DNA from: Gemmatimonadota bacterium
GTDB taxonomy: Bacteria > Gemmatimonadota > Gemmatimonadetes > Gemmatimonadales > Gemmatimonadaceae
Reading direction: 5' to 3'
Assembly (NCBI GenBank): GCA_040389905.1
Contig: JAZJZK010000023.1
Span: 1 to 64,000 of the forward strand
Length of the DNA: 64,000 bases
Position numbers and translations under genes: made by a program. Positions within the stretch are counted from its first letter, which is position 1. Each line of letters starts with the position of its first letter. The notes under the pieces are model-generated. The model had not been told where the DNA came from. It worked only from the letters and a program-made list of their open reading frames with translations, and did no database searches. This document shows positions 1 through 10,296 of the stretch, piece by piece.

Positions 1-36
1 CGCACCGCCATGCAACGAGCGTTCTTACACAGTCTC

Positions 37-117
37 GCGAGCGAAGCGAGTCGAGCGGGTCTGCACCTCCAACCCCAGACTGAATGTGCAGATCCCTCGA
101 CTTCGCTCGGGATGACA
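37..117. repeat. REP-like palindromic element, family A (left arm truncated)
   Basis: gcgagcgaagcgagtcgagcgggtctgcac ... gtgcagatccctcgacttcgctcgggatgaca; the right arm (86-117) is identical to 50563-50594 and near-identical to 42431-42461 and 59095-59127. Confidence 0.85.
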
Positions 118-237
118 TTCATGCCGATGCGCGCCAGAAATGGCAATTTGACAATCTGTTAGCTGCGGCTGATTACTGAGCACCTGACTCATCTGACGAC
201 TGGCGCGCTCCACGAGAGTTTGTGCCATATTCCCTCC

Positions 238-750
238 GTGCCCGTATCGACCGCGAGCTCCCAACTCATCTACTCCTGCCTCAAGGACGCAGGCGTCCGC
301 ATCGTCTCGGCCCTCCCTGAGACTTGGCTCGTGCATCTGATCCGCATGGCCGAGGACGATGCGGAGATGACGCTAGTTCGCCTCGCGAAGGAGGAGGAGG
401 GTGTCGGCATTTCTGCCGGCGCGCACCTCGCCGGCGTGAAATCCGCCATGCTCATGCAGAACCACGGCTTCCTCGCCTCCGTCAACGGCATCGTCTCGTG
501 CGCGCAACTGTATCGCATCCCGCTGCTCATGTTGATCAGCCACCGCGGCGAGTTCGGGGAACGCGATCCGTGGCAGACCGAAGGGGGCGGCGTCACCGAG
601 CATGTCCTCGACGCACTGCGCATTCCGCGTCTACGCCTCGATAGCAAGGATCACGTTGCGCGGCGCATCGGACAGGCGCAGACCCTGGCGTACTCGGCGA
701 GTCGCCCCGTCGCGCTGCTGCTCTGTCGTGACCTGATGTGGGAGGACTGA
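238..750 (+). CDS. TPP-dependent decarboxylase alpha subunit (ComD / phosphonopyruvate decarboxylase-like, PYR domain)
   Basis: Motifs LPETW, KEEEGVGISAG, MQNHG, HRGEFGE, PWQ. GTG at 238 lies 6 nt after a TGnCATATT -10-like box; the track starts at 220. Confidence 0.8.
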   Translation: MPVSTASSQLIYSCLKDAGVRIVSALPETWLVHLIRMAEDDAEMTLVRLAKEEEGVGISAGAHLAGVKSAMLMQNHGFLASVNGIVSCAQLYRIPLLMLISHRGEFGERDPWQTEGGGVTEHVLDALRIPRLRLDSKDHVARRIGQAQTLAYSASRPVALLLCRDLMWED

Positions 751-1325
751 TGCGCCGACTCGATGCCTTGAGCGCGATCTACCCGCAGCTTGAAAAATGC
801 GTTGTCGTCACGATCATGGGCGCGGTCGCCGCGGAACTCCAGTCGATCGGGCACAAGCCGAACTTCTTCTATCTCCAGCACGCGATGGGCCTCGCGTCAT
901 CGGTGGGACTCGGCATCGCGCTCAGCCGTCCCGAGCTCACCGTCGTCGTATTCGACGGCGACGGTTCCATTCTCATGAACCTGGGCGGACTGACCACGCT
1001 TGCTCGCTATCGCCCGAAGAACCTGGTGCATGTGGTCTTCGACAACGAGAGCCTGCTTTCCGTGGGCGGCTTTCCCACGGCGACGTCAACGGGAAGCGAT
1101 ATCGCCGGCATTGCGCGGGCAGCCGGCGTTCCCCGCACGGCGACGGTTCGCACCCTTGATGAATTCACCACTGCCTTCTCCGACGCGCTGTCGGCGGGTG
1201 AGGTGACGACGCTCGTCGCAAAGGTCGAGGCTGTGGGGCCGGCGGCCTTCGTCACCGATCTGTCGCTCCTCGAAAACAGATACCAGTTCCAACGCTATCT
1301 CCGCGAACATTCACACACGGATTGA
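750..1325 (+). CDS. TPP-dependent decarboxylase beta subunit (ComE-like, PP domain)
   Basis: TPP-binding motif DGDGSILMN...VFDN, plus HAMGLASSVGLG; TGATG overlap with the upstream stop and a GGAGG RBS. Confidence 0.82.
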   Translation: MRRLDALSAIYPQLEKCVVVTIMGAVAAELQSIGHKPNFFYLQHAMGLASSVGLGIALSRPELTVVVFDGDGSILMNLGGLTTLARYRPKNLVHVVFDNESLLSVGGFPTATSTGSDIAGIARAAGVPRTATVRTLDEFTTAFSDALSAGEVTTLVAKVEAVGPAAFVTDLSLLENRYQFQRYLREHSHTD

Positions 1326-1327
1326 CC

Positions 1328-2104
1328 ATGTCGCTCCTCGCGCAACTCGTCGGCGGACTCGAAGCAGGGACGATCAGGATCGTCGACCTCACGCAGCCAC
1401 TCGGCCCCAGCACACCGGTGATTGGTCTTCCGCCACAATTCGGCGCGTCACCGGGTGTGACCATGGACGTGATCTCGCACTTCGACGACAAGGGTCCGGC
1501 GTGGTACTGGAACGTCATCCACATGGGTGAACACACCGGCACGCACTTCGACGCACCAGTGCACTGGATCACCGGCAAGGACCTTCCGAACAACGCCACG
1601 GACACGATTCCCGCACAGCGGTTTGTCGGCCCTGCATGCGTGATCGACGTGACGAGCGAGGTCGCGGCCAATGAGGATTTTCTCCTGATGCCGGAGCACG
1701 TCGTCGCGTGGGAAGAGGAGCACGGGAAAATCACGCGCGGCGCATGGGTGCTCTTGCGCACGGGGTGGAGCGCGCGCACCGATGCCGAGTCGTTCCTCAA
1801 TGTCAAAGCGGATGGTCCGCACAGTCCGGGCTTCCATGCGACCACGTCCGCGCTGCTCGCGCACGATCGCGACGTGACCGGCGTCGGCGTCGAGACTGTC
1901 GGCACCGATGCGGGGCAAGCGGGGATGTTCGATCCGCCGTTTCCGAATCACACTACCATGCACGGAGCAGGGAAGTTCGGACTCGCGAGCCTGCGCAATC
2001 TCGATCAACTCCCGGCGACCGGAGCAATCGTCATCGCCGCGCCGCTCAAAATTGTGAACGGAAGCGGAAGCCCGTTGCGCGTGTTGGCGATCATGGAGAC
2101 CTGA
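1328..2104 (+). CDS. Cyclase family metal-dependent hydrolase (kynurenine formamidase / isatin hydrolase-like)
   Basis: HTGTHFDAPVH motif, LLRTGW, PLKIVNGSGSPLRVLA C-terminus; ATG 2 nt after the upstream stop. Confidence 0.88.
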   Translation: MSLLAQLVGGLEAGTIRIVDLTQPLGPSTPVIGLPPQFGASPGVTMDVISHFDDKGPAWYWNVIHMGEHTGTHFDAPVHWITGKDLPNNATDTIPAQRFVGPACVIDVTSEVAANEDFLLMPEHVVAWEEEHGKITRGAWVLLRTGWSARTDAESFLNVKADGPHSPGFHATTSALLAHDRDVTGVGVETVGTDAGQAGMFDPPFPNHTTMHGAGKFGLASLRNLDQLPATGAIVIAAPLKIVNGSGSPLRVLAIMET

Positions 2105-2530
2105 TTCCGCGCACTGGTTGAGAAACAGCTTTGGTGCGCGTTGGGCAGCGGAGCAAGTATCACTGCACCGCTTCGAGCCCCGGATCAAGCACGCCGAGTT
2201 CTTTGATGTCGACGGGACGCACCTCGCGCACTCGAAGCGTCCCGGAAAATCCGCTCAATCCGTAGAATCCGTTCCTCCCTTCGTCTGTTGGGCCATTCTG
2301 GCGACGCGACAGGTGGATGACGAAGACACTTTCACACGCACAATCGGCTAGCGAACAAAAAGCGAAAGCCGACCCACAAGCCAGCGCGGTTTAGTAACGA
2401 CAAGGTGAATTCATAAACCATTGTAAATCAACAGCTTACAATCCATATGCAGCCTTGATTTACCCGTGCAAACAGGCTACCTTCCACAGTCTGTATTTCC
2501 CGCCCTGAACGCGCACCCAAACGTCGTTTC

Positions 2531-5056
2531 ATGACCGCACCAAATAACCGAGAGCGCATTCTCCCTCGGCTCATCGACGATGAGATAAAGGAATCGTTCA
2601 TCAACTACTCGATGAGCGTCATCGTCTCTCGCGCGCTGCCCGATGTGCGCGACGGACTGAAGCCTGTGCATCGTCGTGTGCTGTATGCCATGGAGCAGGC
2701 CGGACTCGTTCCAGGCCGCCCGTTCAAGAAGTGCGCGACCGTCGTCGGCGACGTGCTCGGCAAGTATCACCCGCATGGCGACCAGAGTGTGTATGACGCG
2801 CTCGTGCGCATGGTGCAGGACTTCTCCCTCCGCTATCCGCTCGTCGATGGCCAGGGAAACTTCGGCTCCATCGAAGGCGATCCTGCGGCCGCATACCGAT
2901 ACACCGAAGCGAAGCTCGCGCCTATCGCGATGGAACTGCTCTCGGACATCGACAAGAACACCGTCGACTACATCCCCAACTTCGACGACCGGCTTATGGA
3001 GCCGAGCGTCATGCCGGCGGGCATTCCGAATCTCGTCGTCAATGGGTCGTCGGGCATCGCCGTCGGTATGGCGACGAACATTCCGCCGCACAACCTGCGC
3101 GAGACGATCAATTGTCTCATCCACCTGATCGACAATCCGGACATGGATGTGTCGGAGGTCAGGAAGTTCATCAAGGGCCCTGATTTCCCCACGGCCGGCT
3201 ATATCTACGGCCGAGAGGGGATCAAGGATTATCAGGAGACGGGCCGCGGTCGCATCGTCATCCGCGCGCGGGCAGTCATCGAAGAGAAGGAGAGCTCGAA
3301 CAAGTCGCAGATCGTCGTCACCGAGATTCCGTATCAGGTCAACAGCGCGAAGCTGCTCGAGAGCATCGCCGATCTGGTGCGCGACAAAAAGCTCGAAGGC
3401 ATCTCGGATCTTCGGAACGAGAGCGATCGCGACGGCCTGCGCATGGTGATCGAGCTCAAGCGCGATGCCATTCCGCGCGTCGTGCTCAACCAGCTCTACA
3501 AGCACACGCAGCTGCAGACGACGTTTGGCGTCATCATGCTGGCACTGGTGCCCGATCCGTTCACGCGGCGGCTGGTGCCCAAGATCATGCCGCTCAAGGA
3601 AGTGCTCGAGCACTACATCACGCACCGGCACGAAGTCATCGTGCGGCGCGCGCAGTTCGAGCTCGACAAGGCGCTCGAGCGTGAGCACATCCTCGAAGGG
3701 CTCAAGATCGCCGTCGACAACATCGACGAGGTCATCAAGATCATTCGTGGGGCGGCGGACACGCCGACCGCGAACGAACAGTTGCAGGCGCGCTTCAAGC
3801 TGAGCGACCGGCAGACGGAAGCCATCCTCAACATGCGGCTCGCCAAGCTCACCGGCCTCGAGATCGAGAAGCTCGAGGAAGAGCTCAAGGAAGTCCGTGC
3901 GTTCATCGCCGAGATGCGCGCGTTGCTCGCGTCGAAGGAAAAGCGCATGGCATTGCTCAAGACGGAACTGCTTCACATCGCCGCCAAGTACGGCGACGAG
4001 CGCCGCAGCGAAATCACGAGCGACGAAGGCGAGTTCACCATCGAGGACCTGATCGCCGATGAAGAGATGGTCGTCACCATCTCGCACACCGGTTACATCA
4101 AGCGTACCTCGGTGTCGTCATACAAGAAGCAGCGGCGTGGAGGACGAGGGCTCAGCGGCCAGACGGTGAAGGATGAGGATTTCATCGAGCATCTCTTCAT
4201 CGCCAGCACCCACGAGTACCTGCTCGTGTTCACGGACGACGGGCGCTGCTTCTGGCTCAAGGTGCACGAAATCCCGCAAGCGGGTCGCGCAGCCAAGGGC
4301 AAGCCGGTCGTCAACCTGATCAACGTCACGCCGGACACGAAGGTCCAGTCCATCGTGCCCGTTCGCGAATTCCGCGACGATCAGTTCCTGCTGTTCGCCA
4401 CGGTGAAGGGCACCGTCAAGAAGACCGCCCTCTCCGCCTACGCCAACCCCCGCTCGAATGGCATCAAGGCCATCAAGATCGAGGAAGGCGATGAGTTGAT
4501 GGATGTCCAGATCACGAGCGGCACGAACGACATCGTGCTCGCCACGCGACATGGGTTGTCCATCCGCTTCCACGAATCCGACGTTCGCGAGATGGGCCGC
4601 GACACGACGGGTGTGAAGGGCATCGAGCTCGGACCGCGCGACGTGGTCATCGGCATGGTCGTCATCAAGCGCGAGGCCACGCTGCTGGTCGTGGCCGAAA
4701 AGGGCATCGGCAAGTGTTCGCCGATCGACGACTACCGCGTGCAGAAGCGCGGTGGCAAGGGCATCATCACGATTCACCGCACGGACAAGACGGGCGACGC
4801 CGTGTCCATCATGGAAGTGCTGCCGGAAGATGAGCTGATGCTGATGACCAAGCAGGGCATCCTCATCCGGATGCCGGTGAAGGGCATTCGCGTGGCTGGC
4901 CGCAACACCCAGGGCGTCAAGCTTGTCAATCTGGACGACAAGGATCTCGTGATGGCAGTTGCGCGGGTGGTGCCAGAGGACGACGGCGAGGAAGGCGCGG
5001 ACACCGACGGCGAAGCCGATGCGGGTGATTCAGCGGAAGGCGGCGCAGAAGAATAA
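2531..5056 (+). CDS. gyrA: DNA gyrase subunit A
   Basis: [30 protein letters not shown] (catalytic Tyr), GyrA-box QRRGGRG, C-terminal pinwheel repeats and acidic tail. Confidence 0.98.
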   Translation: MTAPNNRERILPRLIDDEIKESFINYSMSVIVSRALPDVRDGLKPVHRRVLYAMEQAGLVPGRPFKKCATVVGDVLGKYHPHGDQSVYDALVRMVQDFSLRYPLVDGQGNFGSIEGDPAAAYRYTEAKLAPIAMELLSDIDKNTVDYIPNFDDRLMEPSVMPAGIPNLVVNGSSGIAVGMATNIPPHNLRETINCLIHLIDNPDMDVSEVRKFIKGPDFPTAGYIYGREGIKDYQETGRGRIVIRARAVIEEKESSNKSQIVVTEIPYQVNSAKLLESIADLVRDKKLEGISDLRNESDRDGLRMVIELKRDAIPRVVLNQLYKHTQLQTTFGVIMLALVPDPFTRRLVPKIMPLKEVLEHYITHRHEVIVRRAQFELDKALEREHILEGLKIAVDNIDEVIKIIRGAADTPTANEQLQARFKLSDRQTEAILNMRLAKLTGLEIEKLEEELKEVRAFIAEMRALLASKEKRMALLKTELLHIAAKYGDERRSEITSDEGEFTIEDLIADEEMVVTISHTGYIKRTSVSSYKKQRRGGRGLSGQTVKDEDFIEHLFIASTHEYLLVFTDDGRCFWLKVHEIPQAGRAAKGKPVVNLINVTPDTKVQSIVPVREFRDDQFLLFATVKGTVKKTALSAYANPRSNGIKAIKIEEGDELMDVQITSGTNDIVLATRHGLSIRFHESDVREMGRDTTGVKGIELGPRDVVIGMVVIKREATLLVVAEKGIGKCSPIDDYRVQKRGGKGIITIHRTDKTGDAVSIMEVLPEDELMLMTKQGILIRMPVKGIRVAGRNTQGVKLVNLDDKDLVMAVARVVPEDDGEEGADTDGEADAGDSAEGGAEE

Positions 5057-5081
5057 AGGCGCTGGTTCGCTGCCAAAATCG

Positions 5082-5124
5082 AGAAACCTGCTTCTCACCG
5101 GTCGAGAAGCAGGTTTCTGGTTTT
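5082..5124. terminator. Intrinsic, probably bidirectional, terminator
   Basis: Perfect 15-bp stem agaaacctgcttctc (5082-5096) / gagaagcaggtttct (5104-5118), with aaaa upstream and ggtttt downstream, between convergent genes. Confidence 0.8.
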
Positions 5125-5141
5125 AGTGCTCTGCGAGGGCG

Positions 5142-5438
5142 TTACGCACGCCGCCGCCGACGGGCGGCGATACCAATGGCGACAAACCCCGAGGCGAGCA
5201 GCACCATCGTCGCAGGTTCCGGCGTGGCACTCTCGCCATCGCTCTGAATATCGACGGGATAGTCGGTCACAAGCCCCAGAGAGGTCCGACTCTGCCGACA
5301 ACGAGTGGCACCGAGCAACGTCGCGGCTGTCACCGCGAGACGGGGAGTGCGCAGGGAAGCAGGGGTGGATGGTGCGCAGGCCGGAAAGCGCCGGCGCAAT
5401 GCCAACAACGTGCCAAGCGGCGAAACACGTGAAGTCAT
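5142..5438 (-). CDS. Short PEP-CTERM sorting-domain protein (start uncertain, possibly a remnant)
   Basis: C-terminus TPEPATMVLLASGFVAIGIAARRRRRA = PEP motif, hydrophobic helix and basic tail. Confidence 0.6.
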   Translation of the reverse strand: MTSRVSPLGTLLALRRRFPACAPSTPASLRTPRLAVTAATLLGATRCRQSRTSLGLVTDYPVDIQSDGESATPEPATMVLLASGFVAIGIAARRRRRA

Positions 5439-5560
5439 GCAAGCACAAGTACTTATGCCATAGTAGTCGACCGGTTGCGACATAGGGTTGTGGCGGTCGA
5501 GCGACAAGATGTGGTATCCGTCAAACGACCGCCCACTCGCAAACGCCGCGCGATTTCCGC

Positions 5561-6898
5561 ATGGCGCATCCGTACCCTCGCGAGCTACCTTTGCGGACCC
5601 CAGAGCCCCACCGCCCCGAGACCGTGAGCCGGACTGCAGACCAGAGCGCCACGCTGAGCGAGAACATCAACACCCCGAGCCGCATCACGCTCGAGATGCC
5701 GTCCAACGCGGCGGCACTCAGCGAGACGTTCATGCACGAGCGCGAGTTGCTCACGCGTGATGCGCTCCTCTGGCAGCGCTACGTGCGCTATCTCGCGCTC
5801 CTCGCCACCATTCTCCTCGCCGTCCTCTTCAGCTTCAGCGAAGGGGACAAGATGGACATGCTGCTACCCGTCGGCATCGCCGCGTTGGCGTACGTGGTGG
5901 TCGTCGCACTGACCGGCGAGTTCATTCGACGCGCGACCTTCGTGAACGAGTTCCGGCTGCCGGCGCTGATGGTGACGGCGGACATCACGGCCCTGACCGC
6001 CATTGTCTCGCTGACCGGCTCTCCCACAGAAGTGGGCCGCATCCTCATTGGCGCGACACTCATCGTGCAGCTCGCGGTGTTCTATTTTGGCCGGGCACTC
6101 GGCACGTACGCGGCGATACTTGCCAGCATCGGCTACTACGTGGCGGCGCGCGTCGTGGCGGCGCCGGGGATCGACCCGATTCCCGGTCTCGCCACCGTGT
6201 TCTTCAGCCTGGGCGTGTTCGGCGTCGTCTGCGCCGTGCTCATCACGGCGTACGGCAGCTTCCGTGAACGCATGAATCGCCTGCGCGTGTTCTGCAAGCT
6301 CGTCGAGGATGGGGAGATCGCGCCGACGTTCACCTTCGGCGCCGACAAGCGGCCCGACGACCTCACGCTCCTGGCCCGGAGCTTCGAGGCCATGCGTGCG
6401 AGGCTCGCCGAACAGATCGGTACTGACCCGCTGACAGGGTGCCTCAACCGTCGCGCGCTCGAGACGCGCTTGCGTACGGAATGGCGCTCGGCGAAACGCC
6501 GCGATTCGACGGTCGCCGTGCTCGCGCTGGACATGGACCACTTCAAGCAGATCAACGACACGCGCGGGCACCCCGTCGGCGACCTCGTGCTCCAGGAGCT
6601 CGCGGGGCTGATGAAAACCACGGCGCGAGATACAGATGCCGTCGCGCGACTCGGCGGTGATGAATTCGTGATTCTACTGCCCGACACTGGGTGGCAGGGT
6701 GCCCTCACCTTCGCCGAACGCCTTCGCCGAAAGGTGGACGACTTCGGGTTTGGTGGCGCCTCACTGCGCATCACGATTTCCATCGGCATCGCGTTCGCAC
6801 GCGGCGCCGACGCCATGTCGCCCGAGTCGTTGTTGCAGGAAGCTGATCGGTCGCTCTACAAGGCAAAGAGCGGCGGCCGCAATCGCATTTTCGCCTGA
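5561..6898 (+). CDS. Membrane-bound diguanylate cyclase (multi-TM, HAMP-like, GGDEF)
   Basis: TDPLTGCLNRR, DMDHFKQINDTRGHPVGD, RDTD I-site and RLGGDEF; several N-terminal hydrophobic helices; start could be further downstream. Confidence 0.92.
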   Translation: MAHPYPRELPLRTPEPHRPETVSRTADQSATLSENINTPSRITLEMPSNAAALSETFMHERELLTRDALLWQRYVRYLALLATILLAVLFSFSEGDKMDMLLPVGIAALAYVVVVALTGEFIRRATFVNEFRLPALMVTADITALTAIVSLTGSPTEVGRILIGATLIVQLAVFYFGRALGTYAAILASIGYYVAARVVAAPGIDPIPGLATVFFSLGVFGVVCAVLITAYGSFRERMNRLRVFCKLVEDGEIAPTFTFGADKRPDDLTLLARSFEAMRARLAEQIGTDPLTGCLNRRALETRLRTEWRSAKRRDSTVAVLALDMDHFKQINDTRGHPVGDLVLQELAGLMKTTARDTDAVARLGGDEFVILLPDTGWQGALTFAERLRRKVDDFGFGGASLRITISIGIAFARGADAMSPESLLQEADRSLYKAKSGGRNRIFA

Positions 6899-6909
6899 AT
6901 GGAGCACGC

Positions 6910-7874
6910 TTGACCGACCTCATCACGCTCGACGACCTCATTGCCGCTGCAGCGCGCATTGCTTCGGTGGCCGTTCGCACACCGCTGTTAGCCACCGATA
7001 CACTGTCCGAGGAGCTCGGCGCGCCGATCTGGATCAAGCCGGAGATGCTCCAACGGGGCGGCGCGTTCAAGTTTCGTGGCGCCTACAACTTTCTTGCGCA
7101 ACTCTCACCCGAAGAACGCGCGCGCGGCGTGATCGCGCCGTCGTCGGGAAATCACGCGCAAGCGGTTGCGCTCGCCGCCAAGCTGTTCGGCTGCAAGGCG
7201 GTCGTGGTCATGCCAACGACGGTGACGGCGGCGAAAAGCGACGGAGCGCGCCGACTCGGTGCCCGAGTGGAACTCGCGGGTACGACGACGCAGCACCGGT
7301 ACGATCGCGCCGTGGAACTGATGCACGCCGAAGGATTCACGATGGTTCCGCCATACGACCACCCGTGGATCATCGCCGGCCAAGGAACGGTCGGCCTGGA
7401 GATCGCCGCCGATCTTCCCGACGTCGAAACAGTGCTCGTCCCAGTGGGCGGCGGCGGGTTCAGCGCGGGCGTCTCCACCGCTATCAAGCTTCGCGCGCCC
7501 AATGCGAAGGTGATCGGCATCGAACCGGCGAACGCTCCGAAGCTCTCGAAGGCGCGTGAAGCGGGCAAGCCCGTTCGCATTCCGCCGACGGATGGATTGG
7601 CGGACGGCTTGCTGGCCGTCGAAATCGGCGGCATAACATTCGCGCATCATCAGGCGTATATCGACGATGTCGTGCAGGTAGACGATGCAGCACTGCGCGA
7701 TGGGGTCCGTTTTCTCCTGGATCGCATGAAGCTGGTGGCGGAGCCGAGCGGCGCGATCACGGTCGCAGCGTTGATGCAGGGGCTCGTACGTCCCACTGGG
7801 AAAACAGTCGCCGTGCTGAGTGGCGGCAACATCGAGTGGGACGGAATTGCTTCACTCCTTTCAGGCACGAACCC

Positions 7875-7878
<4 letters not shown>
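6910..7878 (+). CDS. PLP-dependent threonine/serine dehydratase family protein (no regulatory domain)
   Basis: KPEMLQRGGAFKFRGA (PLP Lys), SSGNHAQAVA, PVGGGG, VAEPSGA, LSGGN. Confidence 0.92.
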
Positions 7879-8927
<1,049 letters not shown>

Positions 8928-8962
8928 GCCGGTTCCCGTCCTGAAACGGCCAGTGCTCGGGT

Positions 8963-9011
8963 TGTCACCCCGAGCGAGCGAAGCGAGTCGAGGGGTCTGC
9001 TCGGGATGACA
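8963..9011. repeat. REP-like element family A, internally deleted copy
   Basis: tgtcaccccgagcgagcgaagcgagtcgaggggtctg joined directly to ctcgggatgaca. Confidence 0.8.
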
Positions 9012-9150
9012 TCCAGTGCGAAACGCGCCAGAAAAATCGCACCTTCGCGACGGACGCACGCTGGTCGTGGTGCCGACTTCTGAACGACTCCAAGCCGTGA
9101 TAGCTTCAGCGTAGGGGAAGGACCACACGACGAGCGGGAGGAAGTCAGCG

Positions 9151-10296
9151 ATGCGATCCGGAATACTCTTGGGCGTGCTCGTGCTCGCCCAGGCGGGATG
9201 CAGCGATACGCGCGACGTTCAGGCACGATCCGCTGATACTACTGGGCCACGGGTTGCGGCGCTCGACGGAAAGCTTCAGGTGCCCGCCGGGTTCAAGGTC
9301 ACCTACTTTGCGACCGACGTGGCCGGCGTGCGATTCATGGCCATCGGGCCTGATGGCGCCGTCTACGCGACGCAGCCCGGCAAGGGGACCGTCATCCGCC
9401 TGCCGGATGCCAATCGCGATGGCAAGGCGGATACGACGTCCGTTGTCGTCACCGGACTCAATCAGCCGCATGGCCTCGCGTTTCACAAAGGCGCGCTCTA
9501 TGTCGCCAACACCGACGGCGTCGTCAAAGTCACACTCGGCGCGAACGGTATCGCCACGGGTGCGCACACGTATGTCAATCACTACTCGTCAGGTGGTGGC
9601 CACTGGACACGCACCATTGTCTTCGGTGCAGACAGCGCGATGTACGTCGCCATCGGATCGACGTGCAACATTTGCGTGGAACAGAACGACGATCGTGCGA
9701 CAGTGCTCAAGTTCAACGAAGATGGCTCGAACCGGCGGATCTACTCGTCAGGGCTCCGTAACGCCGTCGGTCTGGCGGTGAATCCAGGAACGGGAGCGAT
9801 CTGGGCTTCACAGAACGAGCGCGACAATCTGGCACCGAGTCACGAGGACCTGCCGCCGGAAGAGCTCAACATCCTTGCGGATGGAGCGGATTACGGCTGG
9901 CCGTACTGTTACGGAGATCGAATTCCGAACCCCGAATACAACGACGCCGCGCGGTGCGCCAAGACCACGCCGCCCGCGCTTAAGATGCAGGCGCATTCCG
10001 CACCGCTGGGCATGTCGTTTCTGTCGAAGGCCACAGCGTTTCCCGCGGACTATCGTGGCGATCTCCTGATCGCGTTTCACGGGTCGTGGAACCGCGATAC
10101 ACCGACGGGCGCGAAGGTCGTTCGGGTAAGGATCGCCAATGGAAAGCCCACCGCCATCGAGGACTTCATCACTGGATGGCAGCCGCAGGGAAGCACGCGC
10201 CGGTGGGGAAGACCCGTTGACATCGTTGTCGCACGCGACGGCGGCGTCCTGATTTCTGACGACGCGTCGGGCTCCATCTACCGCGTGACGCATTGA
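9151..10296 (+). CDS. PQQ-dependent sugar / sorbosone dehydrogenase family lipoprotein (beta-propeller)
   Basis: Lipobox LAQAGC, GGHWTRT, GSTCN, GLRNAVG, DYGWPYC, AHSAPLG, HGSWNR, GRPVD. Confidence 0.88.
   Translation: MRSGILLGVLVLAQAGCSDTRDVQARSADTTGPRVAALDGKLQVPAGFKVTYFATDVAGVRFMAIGPDGAVYATQPGKGTVIRLPDANRDGKADTTSVVVTGLNQPHGLAFHKGALYVANTDGVVKVTLGANGIATGAHTYVNHYSSGGGHWTRTIVFGADSAMYVAIGSTCNICVEQNDDRATVLKFNEDGSNRRIYSSGLRNAVGLAVNPGTGAIWASQNERDNLAPSHEDLPPEELNILADGADYGWPYCYGDRIPNPEYNDAARCAKTTPPALKMQAHSAPLGMSFLSKATAFPADYRGDLLIAFHGSWNRDTPTGAKVVRVRIANGKPTAIEDFITGWQPQGSTRRWGRPVDIVVARDGGVLISDDASGSIYRVTH

Noticed and set aside
2118..2351. 77-aa ORF, possibly a gene remnant next to a CGGAT repeat arm
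   Set aside because: No RBS or recognisable motif, and part of the translation is repeat-derived; cannot be supported without a search.
2477..4087. 536-aa ORF antisense to gyrA (likewise 50787-52634, 18543-19967, 26318-27466, 49055-50230, 39358-40386)
   Set aside because: Shadow ORFs opposite well-supported genes in GC-rich DNA; no recognisable motifs.
2531..5056. parC instead of gyrA, since gyrB is not adjacent
   Set aside because: GyrA-box QRRGGRG and the acidic tail support gyrase A.
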